A stretch of 64,000 nt of DNA from Spirulina sp. (GCA_044070495.1 JBIPSI010000017.1:1-64000), one strand, 5' to 3'. Positions 1 to 9,646 are shown, numbered from the stretch's first letter. Notes: generated by a model not told the origin, from the sequence alone. Translations and numbers: made by a program.

Positions 1-263
1 ACTGCAAACCATTCCCATTAACCGTTATGAAGCGGCGGAACTTGATGGCGCGGGACCCTGGCAAAAATTTTGGTATGTGACTTTACCGGGTCTCCAACCT
101 ACCTTAGTATTTGCTACAGTCACTACAGTTATTTTTACTCTTATCCCCTTCTTATATTGTTATAATTTACATCCTATCCCCCATTTTTTTTGGGGGTCTT
201 GGGGGTAACCACCACAGGAACCAAGCAGACCGTAACCGTAAGAAAAAACCGAACCACCTTCCG

Positions 264-303
264 GCCCCCCTCGCCCTTGGGGAGAGGGGTTGGGGGTGAG
301 GGC
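264..303. repeat. Cyanobacterial REP-like hairpin repeat (CCCCTC-N-GAGAGGGGTTGGGGGTGAGGG type)
   Basis: GCCCCCCTCGCCCTTGGGGAGAGGGGTTGGGGGTGAGGGC immediately upstream of ptsG; resembles a common dispersed cyanobacterial repeat. Confidence 0.65.
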
Positions 304-329
304 CACCCACCTATCTACCCACAAAACCG

Positions 330-2183
330 ATGGACATAAAACAAACCTGGAACAAAGCCTTTGGGCTGCTGCAAAAGATGGGCAAATCGCTGATGCTGCC
401 CGTGTCGGTGTTGCCCGTGGCGGGGTTGCTGCTGGGCCTGGGCAGTGCCCGTTTAATTGAGCTGCAACAAATTGAACAAGGGCTGCTGACCGACTCCAAA
501 TTTTGGTGGTTGCCGGAGTGGCTGGCGGCCATTATGCGGAACTCTGGCGACGCGATTTTTGCCAGTATGCCGTTGATTTTTGCCATTGCGGTGGCCATTG
601 GCTACACGGGCAACGATGGCGTTTCGGCCCTGGCGGCGACGGTGGGGCTGATGGTGTTTTTGGCCACCCTGGGCACTGTGGCCATCGGGATGGGCCTAGA
701 AACCAAGTCGGTGCTGGGCATTGCCACCCTGGATACGGGGGTGTTTGGTGGCTTGATTATGGGTTGCATCGCCGCCTACATGTTCAACAAGTTTTTTAGG
801 ATTACCCTGCCGCCCTACCTAGGCTTCTTTGCCGGGAAGCGCTCGGTGCCCATCATCACCGCCTTTGCCGCCATTTTGATGGGGCTGCTGATGAGCGTGA
901 TCTGGCCCCCAATCGGTGCCCTGATCGACAGCTTTGCCTCCACCGCCGCCGAGGGGGACAACGTCGCCATTACCGTGGCCATCTACGGCTTCATTGAGCG
1001 CCTGCTGCTGCCCTTTGGCCTCCACCACGTTTGGAACGTGCCCTTCTTCTTTGAAATCGGCTCCTTCACCGACCCGATTACCGGGCAGCAGGTGAGCGGA
1101 GACATTGCCCGCTTCTTTGCCGGAGACCCCACCGCTGGCATCATTGGCGGAGCCTACTGGTTCAAGATGTTTGGCCTACCCGCCGCCGCCCTGGCCATTT
1201 GGCAAAGCGCCAAGCCCAAAAACCGCAAGCAGGTTGGCGGTCTGATGATTTCCGCCGCCCTCACCTCCTTCCTGACGGGCATCACCGAACCGATTGAGTT
1301 CTCCTTCCTTTTCGTCGCGCCGCCCCTGTTTGCCGTCCATGCGGTGATTGCCGGGTTTGGCAACTGGCTGTTCGTCACCCTGGGCGGGCGCATGGGCTTC
1401 ACCTTCTCCCACGGGCTGATCGACTTTGTGCTGTTCAACGGCCTGGGCACGCGGGTGTGGCTGATTCCGGCCCTGGCCCCCATTTTTGTGGCGGTGTACT
1501 ACTTCACCTTCCGCTTCATGATCTACCACTTCGACCTCAAAACCCCCGGTCGTGAGCTGGATACGGGCACCGATGATGTGAGTGCCGCCATCACCGGGGA
1601 CAAAGCCGAAATGGCGAAGGCCCTGGTGCTGGCCTTTGGTGGACGCAGCAACATCAAAAACCTCGATGCCTGCATCACCCGCCTGCGGATTGAGGTGGAG
1701 GACATGGCCAAGGTCAACGTGCCCCGACTGAAAGCCCTCGGCGCGTCTGGCGTCGTACAGGTCGGCAACAACGCCCAGGCCATCTTCGGCCCCCGCTCCG
1801 ACAACCTCAAAACCGACATGGGCGACTATTTGAAAGTGGCTGGCCCTGAGGCCGACATGATCGAAGTCCCCGCCGAGGGCTTTGTGGACGAAACCGCCCC
1901 CGATTTGGCCAAGATTCCCCCCGATCCCCAGGCAGGCGAAAAGGCCGAGGCCATGATCGCCGCCCTAGGCGGAGCGGACAATATCCGTACCGTCGATCCC
2001 GTGGCGTTGACTCGTCTGCGGGTAGAAGTCACCGATCCAGCTACGGTCAATGAAACCGCCCTGCAAGCCGCTGGAGTGCAGGGGATGATGCGACTCCAGG
2101 AGAAGGTGCTGCACCTGGTGGTGGGTCTCAACGCCGCCCAGTACGCCGAGGAAATCGCCAAGCGACTGTCTGCCAGGGTGTAA
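330..2183 (+). CDS. ptsG: PTS glucose/GlcNAc-family transporter EIICB with a second, degenerate EIIB domain (IIC-IIB-IIB')
   Basis: [17 protein letters not shown]-terminus, [12 protein letters not shown] motif, KTPGRE linker, EIIB motif [10 protein letters not shown], second EIIB-like DPVALTRLR lacking Cys. Confidence 0.92.
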   Translation: MDIKQTWNKAFGLLQKMGKSLMLPVSVLPVAGLLLGLGSARLIELQQIEQGLLTDSKFWWLPEWLAAIMRNSGDAIFASMPLIFAIAVAIGYTGNDGVSALAATVGLMVFLATLGTVAIGMGLETKSVLGIATLDTGVFGGLIMGCIAAYMFNKFFRITLPPYLGFFAGKRSVPIITAFAAILMGLLMSVIWPPIGALIDSFASTAAEGDNVAITVAIYGFIERLLLPFGLHHVWNVPFFFEIGSFTDPITGQQVSGDIARFFAGDPTAGIIGGAYWFKMFGLPAAALAIWQSAKPKNRKQVGGLMISAALTSFLTGITEPIEFSFLFVAPPLFAVHAVIAGFGNWLFVTLGGRMGFTFSHGLIDFVLFNGLGTRVWLIPALAPIFVAVYYFTFRFMIYHFDLKTPGRELDTGTDDVSAAITGDKAEMAKALVLAFGGRSNIKNLDACITRLRIEVEDMAKVNVPRLKALGASGVVQVGNNAQAIFGPRSDNLKTDMGDYLKVAGPEADMIEVPAEGFVDETAPDLAKIPPDPQAGEKAEAMIAALGGADNIRTVDPVALTRLRVEVTDPATVNETALQAAGVQGMMRLQEKVLHLVVGLNAAQYAEEIAKRLSARV

Positions 2184-2216
2184 TACTCCATCCGGTTTGT
2201 TTGCCCTCGGTCTCAG

Positions 2217-2243
2217 CGGGCGAGGTCTCCTCACCCCTACGGA
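2217..2243. repeat. GTAG-type REP-like hairpin
   Basis: CGGGCGAGGTCTCCTCACCCCTACGG; related copy at ~59955-59980 (GGGCGAGGAGACCCCGCCCCTACGG). Confidence 0.55.
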
Positions 2244-2322
2244 TTGTCGGCCTGGGCATTGGGGGTTTCTGATTCGGATTAGGGATCGGCCTAGATTCAT
2301 CGACGTCCCTTAGGTCGTGGGG

Positions 2323-3078
2323 TTAGGCTAACTGCCCAGGAGACACCGACAGCCCACCAAAGCGACGTTGTCTAGCTTGATACCAGGTGAGGGCTTGGGC
2401 AAAGGCGGCGCGGTCAAAATCGGGCCACAGCACCTCGGTGAAGTAGAGTTCGGTGTAGGCCAACTGCCACAGCAGGAAATTACTCAAACGCTGCTCGCCG
2501 CTGGTGCGAATCATCAAATCGGGGGGCGGGGTCGGATGGGTGTAGAGGGATGCCGTGATCAGGGCGGCATTCACCTGTTCAGGCTGTAATGTGCCATCGG
2601 CCACCTGCTGGGCAATGGAACGGGTGGCGGCGACTAACTCTTGCTGACCGCCGTAGTTGACCGCCACATTGAACTGCACCGTTTGATTCGCCTGGGTGGC
2701 GGTCATGGCGTACTCCATCAACTGCCGCAGGCGATCCGGTAGCGGTGAGAGATCCCCCACAAAGCGGATCTGAACGCCCTGGCGCTGCATTTCCTCTAGT
2801 TCTCGACGCAGCAAACGGTCAAACAACCGCAGTAGAAACTCCACTTCGGTCTGGGGTCGTTGCCAGTTTTCGGTGGAAAAGGCGTACACCGTCAACACCG
2901 GAATGCCCCAGTCTTTGCAGCAACGGAGCAGGGCTTTGATGGTCTTGGCTCCTTGGCGGTGTCCGGCAATGCGGGGCAGCCCTTGGTGGGTCGCCCAACG
3001 GCCATTGCCATCCATAATCACCGCAATGTGGTGGGGCAAGGCCGCAGGGTGCAGATGGGCGGGAAGTAGGGTGGTCAT
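2323..3078 (-). CDS. uppS: cis-prenyltransferase (undecaprenyl diphosphate synthase family), probably a paralog
   Basis: IMDGNGRWA, FSTENW, RTSGEQRLSNFLLWQ and RRFG motifs intact; ATG at 3078 preferred over the ORF-track start at 3126. Confidence 0.93.
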   Translation of the reverse strand: MTTLLPAHLHPAALPHHIAVIMDGNGRWATHQGLPRIAGHRQGAKTIKALLRCCKDWGIPVLTVYAFSTENWQRPQTEVEFLLRLFDRLLRRELEEMQRQGVQIRFVGDLSPLPDRLRQLMEYAMTATQANQTVQFNVAVNYGGQQELVAATRSIAQQVADGTLQPEQVNAALITASLYTHPTPPPDLMIRTSGEQRLSNFLLWQLAYTELYFTEVLWPDFDRAAFAQALTWYQARQRRFGGLSVSPGQLA

Positions 3079-3150
3079 GGGTTTAAGTCCATAGAACGCA
3101 GTAGTGCTCAAGCGCAGTCGAAACAAGGGGGTTAAGCCCCTCGCTCTAAA

Positions 3151-3302
3151 GCAGATGTTTGAAAAGTTCTGTTGGCTGTAGCAAAGGTGGGGATCCCCCT
3201 AAATCCCCCTTAGTAAGAGGGACTTTTACCCCCCTTACTAAGGGGGGCAGGGGGGATCGGCGGGTGCCTAAAGTTACAGCAGATCACTTTTCAAACGCCC
3301 TC
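3151..3302. mobile_element. MITE with IS5/IS1031-like ends enclosing a CCCCCTT..AAGGGGG REP-like hairpin
   Basis: Left end GCAGATGTTTGAAAAG, right end CTTTTCAAACGCCCTC followed by TAA; same end type as 51120-51250; internal hairpins at ~3192-3258. Confidence 0.65.
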
Positions 3303-4310
3303 TAAAGCAGGCTTCCCCAGAGAGGGATCCCCCTGGTTCGCCGCTGTCGGCGTCCCCAGCACACTATCGAGGTAATCTCGGCTGAGGGTGCGATCCCACT
3401 GCCACAGCCCCCGCATCACCTGGTCAAAGCTGTAGAGCAGGGTCACCCGATGGGTAGGCGACCAATCGGCCCAGCCTAGTTCGGCCATCATCCGGCGCAG
3501 GGTGTGTAAAAGGCTGCCCTGGAGTTGGGGATGGCGGAGTTTTTGGGCCAGCGCCTGGGTGAAAGTGAGGGCAATGGTACCCAGCCCGGTGTTGGGGTAG
3601 GCCCAGCGACCAAAGCCCCAAAACTTGGTCATGTGGTTAATTTCGTCGATCAGCAGTTCCCCCAAGACCGCCTGGAGGGGGCCAGTGGTGTAGGCCATCA
3701 TCCAGAGATAGAGGCCGGTGGCCCCGTATTCGGTGGCGATGCGGTGCAGGCCGTGGCGGTAGAGATCCTGGCGCGGATCGTCGGAGGGGGTGTAGGGGCG
3801 GGCGGCGTGGGGGATGACCTCAGGCTTTTGGCCAGCGATCCGGGTGTAGAGGGAGATTAGGGCGGGGGTGTGGCGCTTTTCTTCAATTTCCCACAGGCCC
3901 AGGGTGAGGGAGCGGCCCGTATCATCCACCCGCCCCCCGACAAAATGGGCCATGGCCGGATAAAACTGTTCTAGGTACTGGCGGCTGGCTTGGGTATAGC
4001 CGTGGATGGGGGCTTCGGTATTGATGGCCCCGGCCAAAATGCGGCAGAAGGTGGCGGCAGAGATACCGCTGAGTTGCTCCGAATGGATGGCGGCCCAGTC
4101 CATTTTTGCCCAGGGGCGCGGGCAGGGGTTCTGGAATTGGTGGGGAAGCTCTTCAAAGCGCTCTTGCAGATGCTCTAGGGTGACGTAGCGGCGGGTAAGG
4201 GCGGCAATGCGGTGCCAGAGGTGGGGCAGGGTGGGATTTGAGAGCCAAACCCCCGCCAGATCGGAGGGATAATCCGTAGAAGCCGTAGATAATAGAAAGG
4301 AAGTTGTCAT
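3291..4310 (-). CDS. Ferritin-like di-iron carboxylate protein (putative oxygenase/desaturase)
   Basis: E...EEKRH...E...DEINH spacing typical of four-helix di-iron proteins; start at 4310 or 4343; stop codon lies inside the MITE end. Confidence 0.75.
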   Translation of the reverse strand: MTTSFLLSTASTDYPSDLAGVWLSNPTLPHLWHRIAALTRRYVTLEHLQERFEELPHQFQNPCPRPWAKMDWAAIHSEQLSGISAATFCRILAGAINTEAPIHGYTQASRQYLEQFYPAMAHFVGGRVDDTGRSLTLGLWEIEEKRHTPALISLYTRIAGQKPEVIPHAARPYTPSDDPRQDLYRHGLHRIATEYGATGLYLWMMAYTTGPLQAVLGELLIDEINHMTKFWGFGRWAYPNTGLGTIALTFTQALAQKLRHPQLQGSLLHTLRRMMAELGWADWSPTHRVTLLYSFDQVMRGLWQWDRTLSRDYLDSVLGTPTAANQGDPSLGKPALEGV

Positions 4311-4488
4311 AATCGCTACAAGCGGTGAGAGCCAGTCCACCATAGGGGGGGTGGGGGTGGAATGTCAGGCGGCAAAGGTCGGCTCCTCTCCGTCCAGAAT
4401 CCATGGGGCAGGTTGGAAAAAGACGGATTGCCCCCAGCAGGGATGAAAAATCAGGTATCTCGGCTAAAGTTGAGGCAGTTGGTCAACC

Positions 4489-7047
4489 ATGCAACCCATG
4501 GCTCCTAAGGCGGTAGAACTGGCGGATGACTTAGTTTTCGCCGTCACTGGGCGGCACCTAAACGATTTGCAACGCACCATTCTGCACCAGGTTTGGCAGG
4601 GGCAAAAGTATCTGGATATTGCCCACCGGTCTGGCTACACCGAAGGCCATATTAAGGATGTGGCCTACCAACTCTGGCGCTTGCTCTCGCGGGTAACGGG
4701 GGAAAAGGTGACCAAGGCCACGGTGAAGTCGGCCTTGAAGCGCTACTGGCATAAGCTGCAAGCCCCCCCAGCAAAGCCTGGATTCCCAGACGACAGGGAG
4801 CCTCAGAATTTTGATCCTCTCAGCCCTCTGGAAACGCCGCCCCCCGGTCATCTCCCCCTGCCCGTAGTCCTAGTAGACCCCGTGGGCTCTGGCTTGCCCC
4901 CTCAGCCAGAGCCGCTATCCTCCAAGGATGTCAGACCATCTAGCCCCACCCCGGAGAGCCAGCTAGTTCCCCCCGATCCCCATTTTGTAGGGCGACAGGC
5001 CGCCCTGAACCACCTGCAAGCCCTCCTCCAGGCGGGGGATCGCGCCCTTGTCATCCAAGGGGAGGGCGGCCTGGGCAAAACCACCCTAGCCCAGCATTTT
5101 GTGGCTCAGCAGGCAGCAGATCTCACCCTCGAACTGCTGATGGCCAAGGATGTGGCCGACCTCACCCCAGCGGAGTGGGTAGTAGAGGAATGGCTGCGCC
5201 AGGACTTTGGCGTAGAGCCGGGGCATGAATTTGGCGTTACCTTAGATCGGCTTAAACGCCACCTGCGCCAGCGGCGGGTGATGGTGCTGATCGACAACCT
5301 AGAACCCTGTTTGGATGCCCAGGGCTGCTTTATGGCTGCCCATCGTCGCTACGGGGAGCTGTTGCGAATTTTGACCGACCCCCGCAGCCAGACGGTGACG
5401 GTGATCACCAGCCGCGACCGTCTCTGTGAACCGGGACTACCCCTCACCCACTATCGGCTGCCGGGGTTAGAGCTAGGGGCGTGGGAAACCTACTTTGGCC
5501 AGCGAGGGGTGCGAGGTACTGCGACCATTTTGGCGGCCATGCACAGTGCCTACGGCGGCAATGCCAAGGCGATGGAACTGCTCTGCGGCACCATCCAGGC
5601 CGACTATGGCGGCGATGCTGCGGCCTACTGGCCCCTGCACCGGGAGGCACTCCTCGCTCCGGTGGATTTAAAAAACTTAGTAGATAGTCAAATCCAGCGC
5701 CTGCGCCAGCTCGATCCAGCGGCCTATCGGCTGTTTTGTCGGCTGGGGGTCTACCGCTACCAGGATGTGCCTACGGTACCCCTGGCTGGGGTACAAGCCC
5801 TCCTCGCCGATCTGCCGCCTGATCGCCATCCGGGGGTGATTGCCTCGCTGCGAAATCGCTCTTTACTAGAGCATCACCAGGGGCGCTACTGGCTGCATCC
5901 CGTGGTGCGAGAGGGGGCCTTGGCCCAACGCCATCAGGATCCGACCCAGCCACAGGACTGGCAGACCGCCCACCGTTGGGCCGCCCAATACTGGACGGAC
6001 AGCGTTCGCCGCATTGGCAACCTCACCGATGCCCTGCAAGCCCTCGAAGCCTATTACCATTACGTCGCCATCCAGGATTTTGCGGCGGCGGCCAGGGTGA
6101 TTTTGCACAGCCGCGACAACCAATGGCAACAGTTTTTGCCCCTGGGGAGCACCCTCTACCGCTTGGGGCTGATTCAGCCGATTGCCGAGGCGATTACCAC
6201 GGTGCTCGATCACCTACCCCCCGACAATACCGATGCCAGCGAGTTGTACAACATCCTCGGCGACCTCCGCTGGATCCAAGGACGGCTCCAGGAGGCGATT
6301 ACCTGTCAACAGAGTGCCATCACCCTGGCCCAAGCCAGCCTCAACCAAGACCACCCAGCCCCCACCTCCCATCGCTGGTACTACCTCACCATGCTGCTGG
6401 TCGATTCGCAGCTGAGCCTGGGCCTCTACCATCTGGATTTATGGGAGCTAGACATCGCCGCTGGCTGGTTCACCCAGGTGATCCAGCGGGCCACGGGCAC
6501 CCGCCACCAACCCTGGGCCGACAAAGCCACCACCTGTCTGGCCCTGGTGCGCTCTTACCAGGGGCAACGGGATCAAGCTAAATCCTTGGCCGCCGCCGTC
6601 ACTCCCACGGTGATGGGGCAGGGCGGCAGTGGGCGCTATGCCTTTTTTGTGCAATTACTGGGCCACACCTATCTGAATTTGGATGACCTAGCCGTGGCCG
6701 AAACGCTGTTTCAAACGGCAATTGCAGCGGCAGAGGCGGGGCACTACCTGCAAATTCAGGCCAATGCCCTCTCTGGGTTGGGGCGGCTCCAAGCCCGGTT
6801 GGGTCACTTCGCCGCCGCCCTCACCCACCACCAAACAGCGATTGCCCTGCTCGAAGAGGTGGGGGCTAAGTGTGACTTGGCCACAGCCCACCTCCACCTA
6901 GCTCTAACCTCAGCCCAAGCGGCTCGCCAAACGGGGCTGGCCACGGATCAAGCCAGCTACCATCGCCACCGGGCCGAAACCCTGTTTGCTGCTATTCCCG
7001 CCCCCCACCAAGTCGCCCGTGTCCAACAGACTTTGGCCCAGGGTTAA
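4489..7047 (+). CDS. STAND (NB-ARC-like) NTPase with N-terminal HTH (vWA-MoxR-associated type) and C-terminal TPR repeats
   Basis: N-terminal LNDLQRTIL..YLDIA..GYTEGHIKDVAYQLW, Pro-rich linker, FVGR, Walker A GEGGLGKTT, Walker B VLIDNLE, LHPVV, TPR-like helices. Confidence 0.85.
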   Translation: MQPMAPKAVELADDLVFAVTGRHLNDLQRTILHQVWQGQKYLDIAHRSGYTEGHIKDVAYQLWRLLSRVTGEKVTKATVKSALKRYWHKLQAPPAKPGFPDDREPQNFDPLSPLETPPPGHLPLPVVLVDPVGSGLPPQPEPLSSKDVRPSSPTPESQLVPPDPHFVGRQAALNHLQALLQAGDRALVIQGEGGLGKTTLAQHFVAQQAADLTLELLMAKDVADLTPAEWVVEEWLRQDFGVEPGHEFGVTLDRLKRHLRQRRVMVLIDNLEPCLDAQGCFMAAHRRYGELLRILTDPRSQTVTVITSRDRLCEPGLPLTHYRLPGLELGAWETYFGQRGVRGTATILAAMHSAYGGNAKAMELLCGTIQADYGGDAAAYWPLHREALLAPVDLKNLVDSQIQRLRQLDPAAYRLFCRLGVYRYQDVPTVPLAGVQALLADLPPDRHPGVIASLRNRSLLEHHQGRYWLHPVVREGALAQRHQDPTQPQDWQTAHRWAAQYWTDSVRRIGNLTDALQALEAYYHYVAIQDFAAAARVILHSRDNQWQQFLPLGSTLYRLGLIQPIAEAITTVLDHLPPDNTDASELYNILGDLRWIQGRLQEAITCQQSAITLAQASLNQDHPAPTSHRWYYLTMLLVDSQLSLGLYHLDLWELDIAAGWFTQVIQRATGTRHQPWADKATTCLALVRSYQGQRDQAKSLAAAVTPTVMGQGGSGRYAFFVQLLGHTYLNLDDLAVAETLFQTAIAAAEAGHYLQIQANALSGLGRLQARLGHFAAALTHHQTAIALLEEVGAKCDLATAHLHLALTSAQAARQTGLATDQASYHRHRAETLFAAIPAPHQVARVQQTLAQG

Positions 7048-7106
7048 CGATCACCGTAGCCGTACCCATGGCCCCCAGATTCGCCCGACGGTATCCCACG
7101 GTTAGT

Positions 7107-7241
7107 GGTCCGGTTACGGTTAATGAAACCGCGCTGCGATCCACCGAAGCACAGGGGATGATGGGAGGGCAGGAAAACGTGCTGCATCTGGCGGTGGGCC
7201 TCAACGCTGAGTAATACGCGGGTGACATCACCCAGCGCCTC
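7107..7241 (+). pseudogene. Decayed duplicate of the ptsG 3' end (second EIIB domain)
   Basis: Ungapped match to 2034-2168, about 101/135 nt by hand count; translates GPVTVNETALRSTEAQGMMGGQENVLHLAVGLNAE*YAGDITQRL; in-frame TAA at 7212. Confidence 0.85.
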
Positions 7242-7266
7242 GGTACCTAAGTTGAGCCGGGAACAG

Positions 7267-7303
7267 CCAGATCCCAGGGTTCTTCAAGAACCCTGGGATC
7301 TGG
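7267..7303. repeat. Perfect palindrome with 18-bp arms, member of a dispersed AGATCCCAGGGTTC repeat family
   Basis: CCAGATCCCAGGGTTCTT-C-AAGAACCCTGGGATCTGG; related arms at ~7991-8060, ~26073 and ~30890-30980. Confidence 0.8.
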
Positions 7304-7490
7304 AACCCTGGACGCTCCCACCACCCCATCTCCCTGGCGCACGTCCCTCACACACCGTTCCTCCTCACACACCTCTTGTTTCGACTAGGCCGCTGTAGGG
7401 TGGGCACCGCCCACCACCCAGGAAATCACCTTCCAACAGCCGCCTGATCTCTCGTTGTCATTCATTTATCCATCCATTCAAGAACCCACC

Positions 7491-7955
7491 ATGACTGCCC
7501 TCATCTCCAAAACCGCCCTCAAAACTGCCCTCGCCCTCGGTGCTGGTCTGCTCAGCTTTGCCCCACTGGCGGTGCTGCCCGTCCGTGCAGTCGATGCCGA
7601 AACCCCCGTTCTGGCCCAGGTGGAACCCAACCAAGACAACCTGCAAATGCAGTGCCCCGGCTCCATTGGGGTTAACGACGTTAACTTTCGGGTGCTGTAT
7701 ACCCGTGAGGCTGGGTTCTCCCGCATCATCCTGACCCGCCGCAGTACTGGGCAAACCATCGCCGAAACCAACCTCAGCTACGACCGCAAAAACGACAAAG
7801 GCCAAGCCATCTGGCGCGGTTCGGTGAACGGGGCTGCCGATGTCACCCTCGTTCACCTCTCGACCCGTGCGCCCCAGGTTGGGGATCAAGTGTCCGTCGG
7901 CTACGACATGCAGTGGGGTCGGGGCACCTGCGCCCGTTCCGCCACGCCGTTGTAG
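7491..7955 (+). CDS. Hypothetical secreted beta-rich protein with two cysteines
   Basis: Signal-peptide-like N-terminus ending VRA; Cys near each end of the mature part; host-like codon usage. Confidence 0.7.
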   Translation: MTALISKTALKTALALGAGLLSFAPLAVLPVRAVDAETPVLAQVEPNQDNLQMQCPGSIGVNDVNFRVLYTREAGFSRIILTRRSTGQTIAETNLSYDRKNDKGQAIWRGSVNGAADVTLVHLSTRAPQVGDQVSVGYDMQWGRGTCARSATPL

Positions 7956-8094
7956 GGTTTGCGCCTCCGGGGCCAGATTCCAGTCAGTAGAGATCCCAGG
8001 GTTCTTTGGTCGAGTGGCCACAGCATTGGAATCAGCCCAAGCCAAAACCCTGGGATCTGCCGTAGCTGATCAGGGTAGGAGGTGAAAGATCATC

Positions 8095-8243
8095 TATGGC
8101 GATTCTCGATAGAGTGAGATGCACCATGGCTGGGGTCTAGTTCCCCCAGTCCCTAGCGGTCTACGTTTCACTCTGTAGCCCCCTTATCAAAGGGGGCAAG
8201 GGGGATCATCGCAATGTCCTTCACCCAAGTGAAATCCGCTATA
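8095..8243. mobile_element. Degenerate MITE with IS630-like TA-flanked ends and internal REP hairpin
   Basis: TA|TGGCGATTCTC..GTGAG ... TCAC..GAAATCCGCTA|TA; internal CCCCTTATCAAAGGGG; similar to 48226-48375. Confidence 0.5.
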
Positions 8244-8257
8244 TTTGGGGCGAACCC

Positions 8258-9646
8258 ATGAAAATCGACATCATCATTGTCTACATGCAGCGGTACCAAA
8301 AGGGCCACGAAATCCATTTTGTGCCGCCGCTGACGGGAATTCATTTAGCCGCCTTAACCCCAGATCAGCATGAGGTGCGGGTCATCCATCAGCAGGTAGA
8401 ACCCGTCAATTTGGAAACCGATGCCGACGTGGTTGTTCTATCCTTTTTTAGCGGCTTTGCCCCCGAAGCCTATCGCCTAGCTGAAGCCTATCGTCAACGC
8501 GGCAAAATTACCATTGCCGGAGGCCCCCACGTCACCTTTGCCCCAGAGGAAGCCCTGCGGTTTGTGGATGCGGTGGTGATTGGCGAAGGGGAATCCGTTT
8601 GGGCACAAATTTTTGAGGATATTGAGCAGAATCAGCTTCAGCCGAAGTATGTAGGTGAATCTCTACCGCTGACAGATATTCCAACGCCAAGATACGATTT
8701 ACTGCCGAATAAATACATCGTTCGTCGAGTGGTTCAGGCTACCCGTGGCTGCCCATTTAGCTGCTCATTTTGCACGGTGCCCACCCTCAACCCTGGCTTT
8801 CGCACTCGGCCTATTGAAGCGGTTCTCAACGATATTCTCTACAATGATTTCCCCCACTGGTGGCAGCGCAAACTTGTGTGGTTTTGGGATGATAATCTCA
8901 CCGCCAACCGTCCTTATATTAAAGCGCTGCTGCGCCAAATGATCCCTCTCAAAAGGTGGTGGCTTACCCAGGCCAGTATGGATATTACCCAGGACGAAGA
9001 ACTGCTGGATTTAATGCGTGATTCGGGCTGTATTGGGGTGTTCTTTGGAATTGAATCCTTTGGGCCAGAATCCCTCATGGATGCAGGCAAACGCCAAAAC
9101 AAAGTGACTGAATACCAAAGCAAAATCCAAAAGCTCCACGACCGAGGTATTGGCGTTATGGCGGGGTTTATTTCGGGTTTGGACGGTGACACCCCAGCCA
9201 GCATTCGCGACATGGCCAATCAGCTTGAGGAAATTGGCGTTGATGTACCATTTCTCAGCGTGCTTACCCCCTTTAAGGGCACCCGTGCCTACGCCAAAAT
9301 GGAGGTTCAAGGTCGCCTTCGCCCTGATCTGGGCTGGGAGTTTTATAACGGCTATAACGTTACCTTTCAGCCCGCTAAAATGACGACCCAGGAATTACTA
9401 AATGCCCATCGCGATCTGTGGCGTTCCGCCTTCAGCCTGAAGATGGTATTGAGGCGGCTATGGCGGTCGGTGTTTACCCTTCGGAGCGGGGCCTTTATGC
9501 TTTGCGGCATCATGAATTTGTTCTATGGCCTCAAAGCCCTCACCCGCAACGAACCCATCTGCTTTGAAGGCACCGATTCCTACCCAGCCATTCGCGAAAA
9601 AATTGCGGCCCCTGTCCCCACCGATCAACCGACCCTTTCGGTTTAG
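8258..9646 (+). CDS. Cobalamin-binding-domain radical SAM protein
   Basis: GGPHVT and VIGEGE B12-domain motifs; [11 protein letters not shown] (CxxxCxxC); DDN; GIES. Confidence 0.9.
   Translation: MKIDIIIVYMQRYQKGHEIHFVPPLTGIHLAALTPDQHEVRVIHQQVEPVNLETDADVVVLSFFSGFAPEAYRLAEAYRQRGKITIAGGPHVTFAPEEALRFVDAVVIGEGESVWAQIFEDIEQNQLQPKYVGESLPLTDIPTPRYDLLPNKYIVRRVVQATRGCPFSCSFCTVPTLNPGFRTRPIEAVLNDILYNDFPHWWQRKLVWFWDDNLTANRPYIKALLRQMIPLKRWWLTQASMDITQDEELLDLMRDSGCIGVFFGIESFGPESLMDAGKRQNKVTEYQSKIQKLHDRGIGVMAGFISGLDGDTPASIRDMANQLEEIGVDVPFLSVLTPFKGTRAYAKMEVQGRLRPDLGWEFYNGYNVTFQPAKMTTQELLNAHRDLWRSAFSLKMVLRRLWRSVFTLRSGAFMLCGIMNLFYGLKALTRNEPICFEGTDSYPAIREKIAAPVPTDQPTLSV

Noticed and set aside
7107..7241. ptsG 3' copy as a diversity-generating retroelement template repeat
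   Set aside because: Mismatches are not adenine-specific (many synonymous C/T/G changes), and no reverse transcriptase is in the window.
8258..9646. Radical SAM protein as the sulfatase maturase (anSME)
   Set aside because: It has an N-terminal B12-type domain and no Cys-rich SPASM domain, and it lies ~14 kb from the sulfatase.
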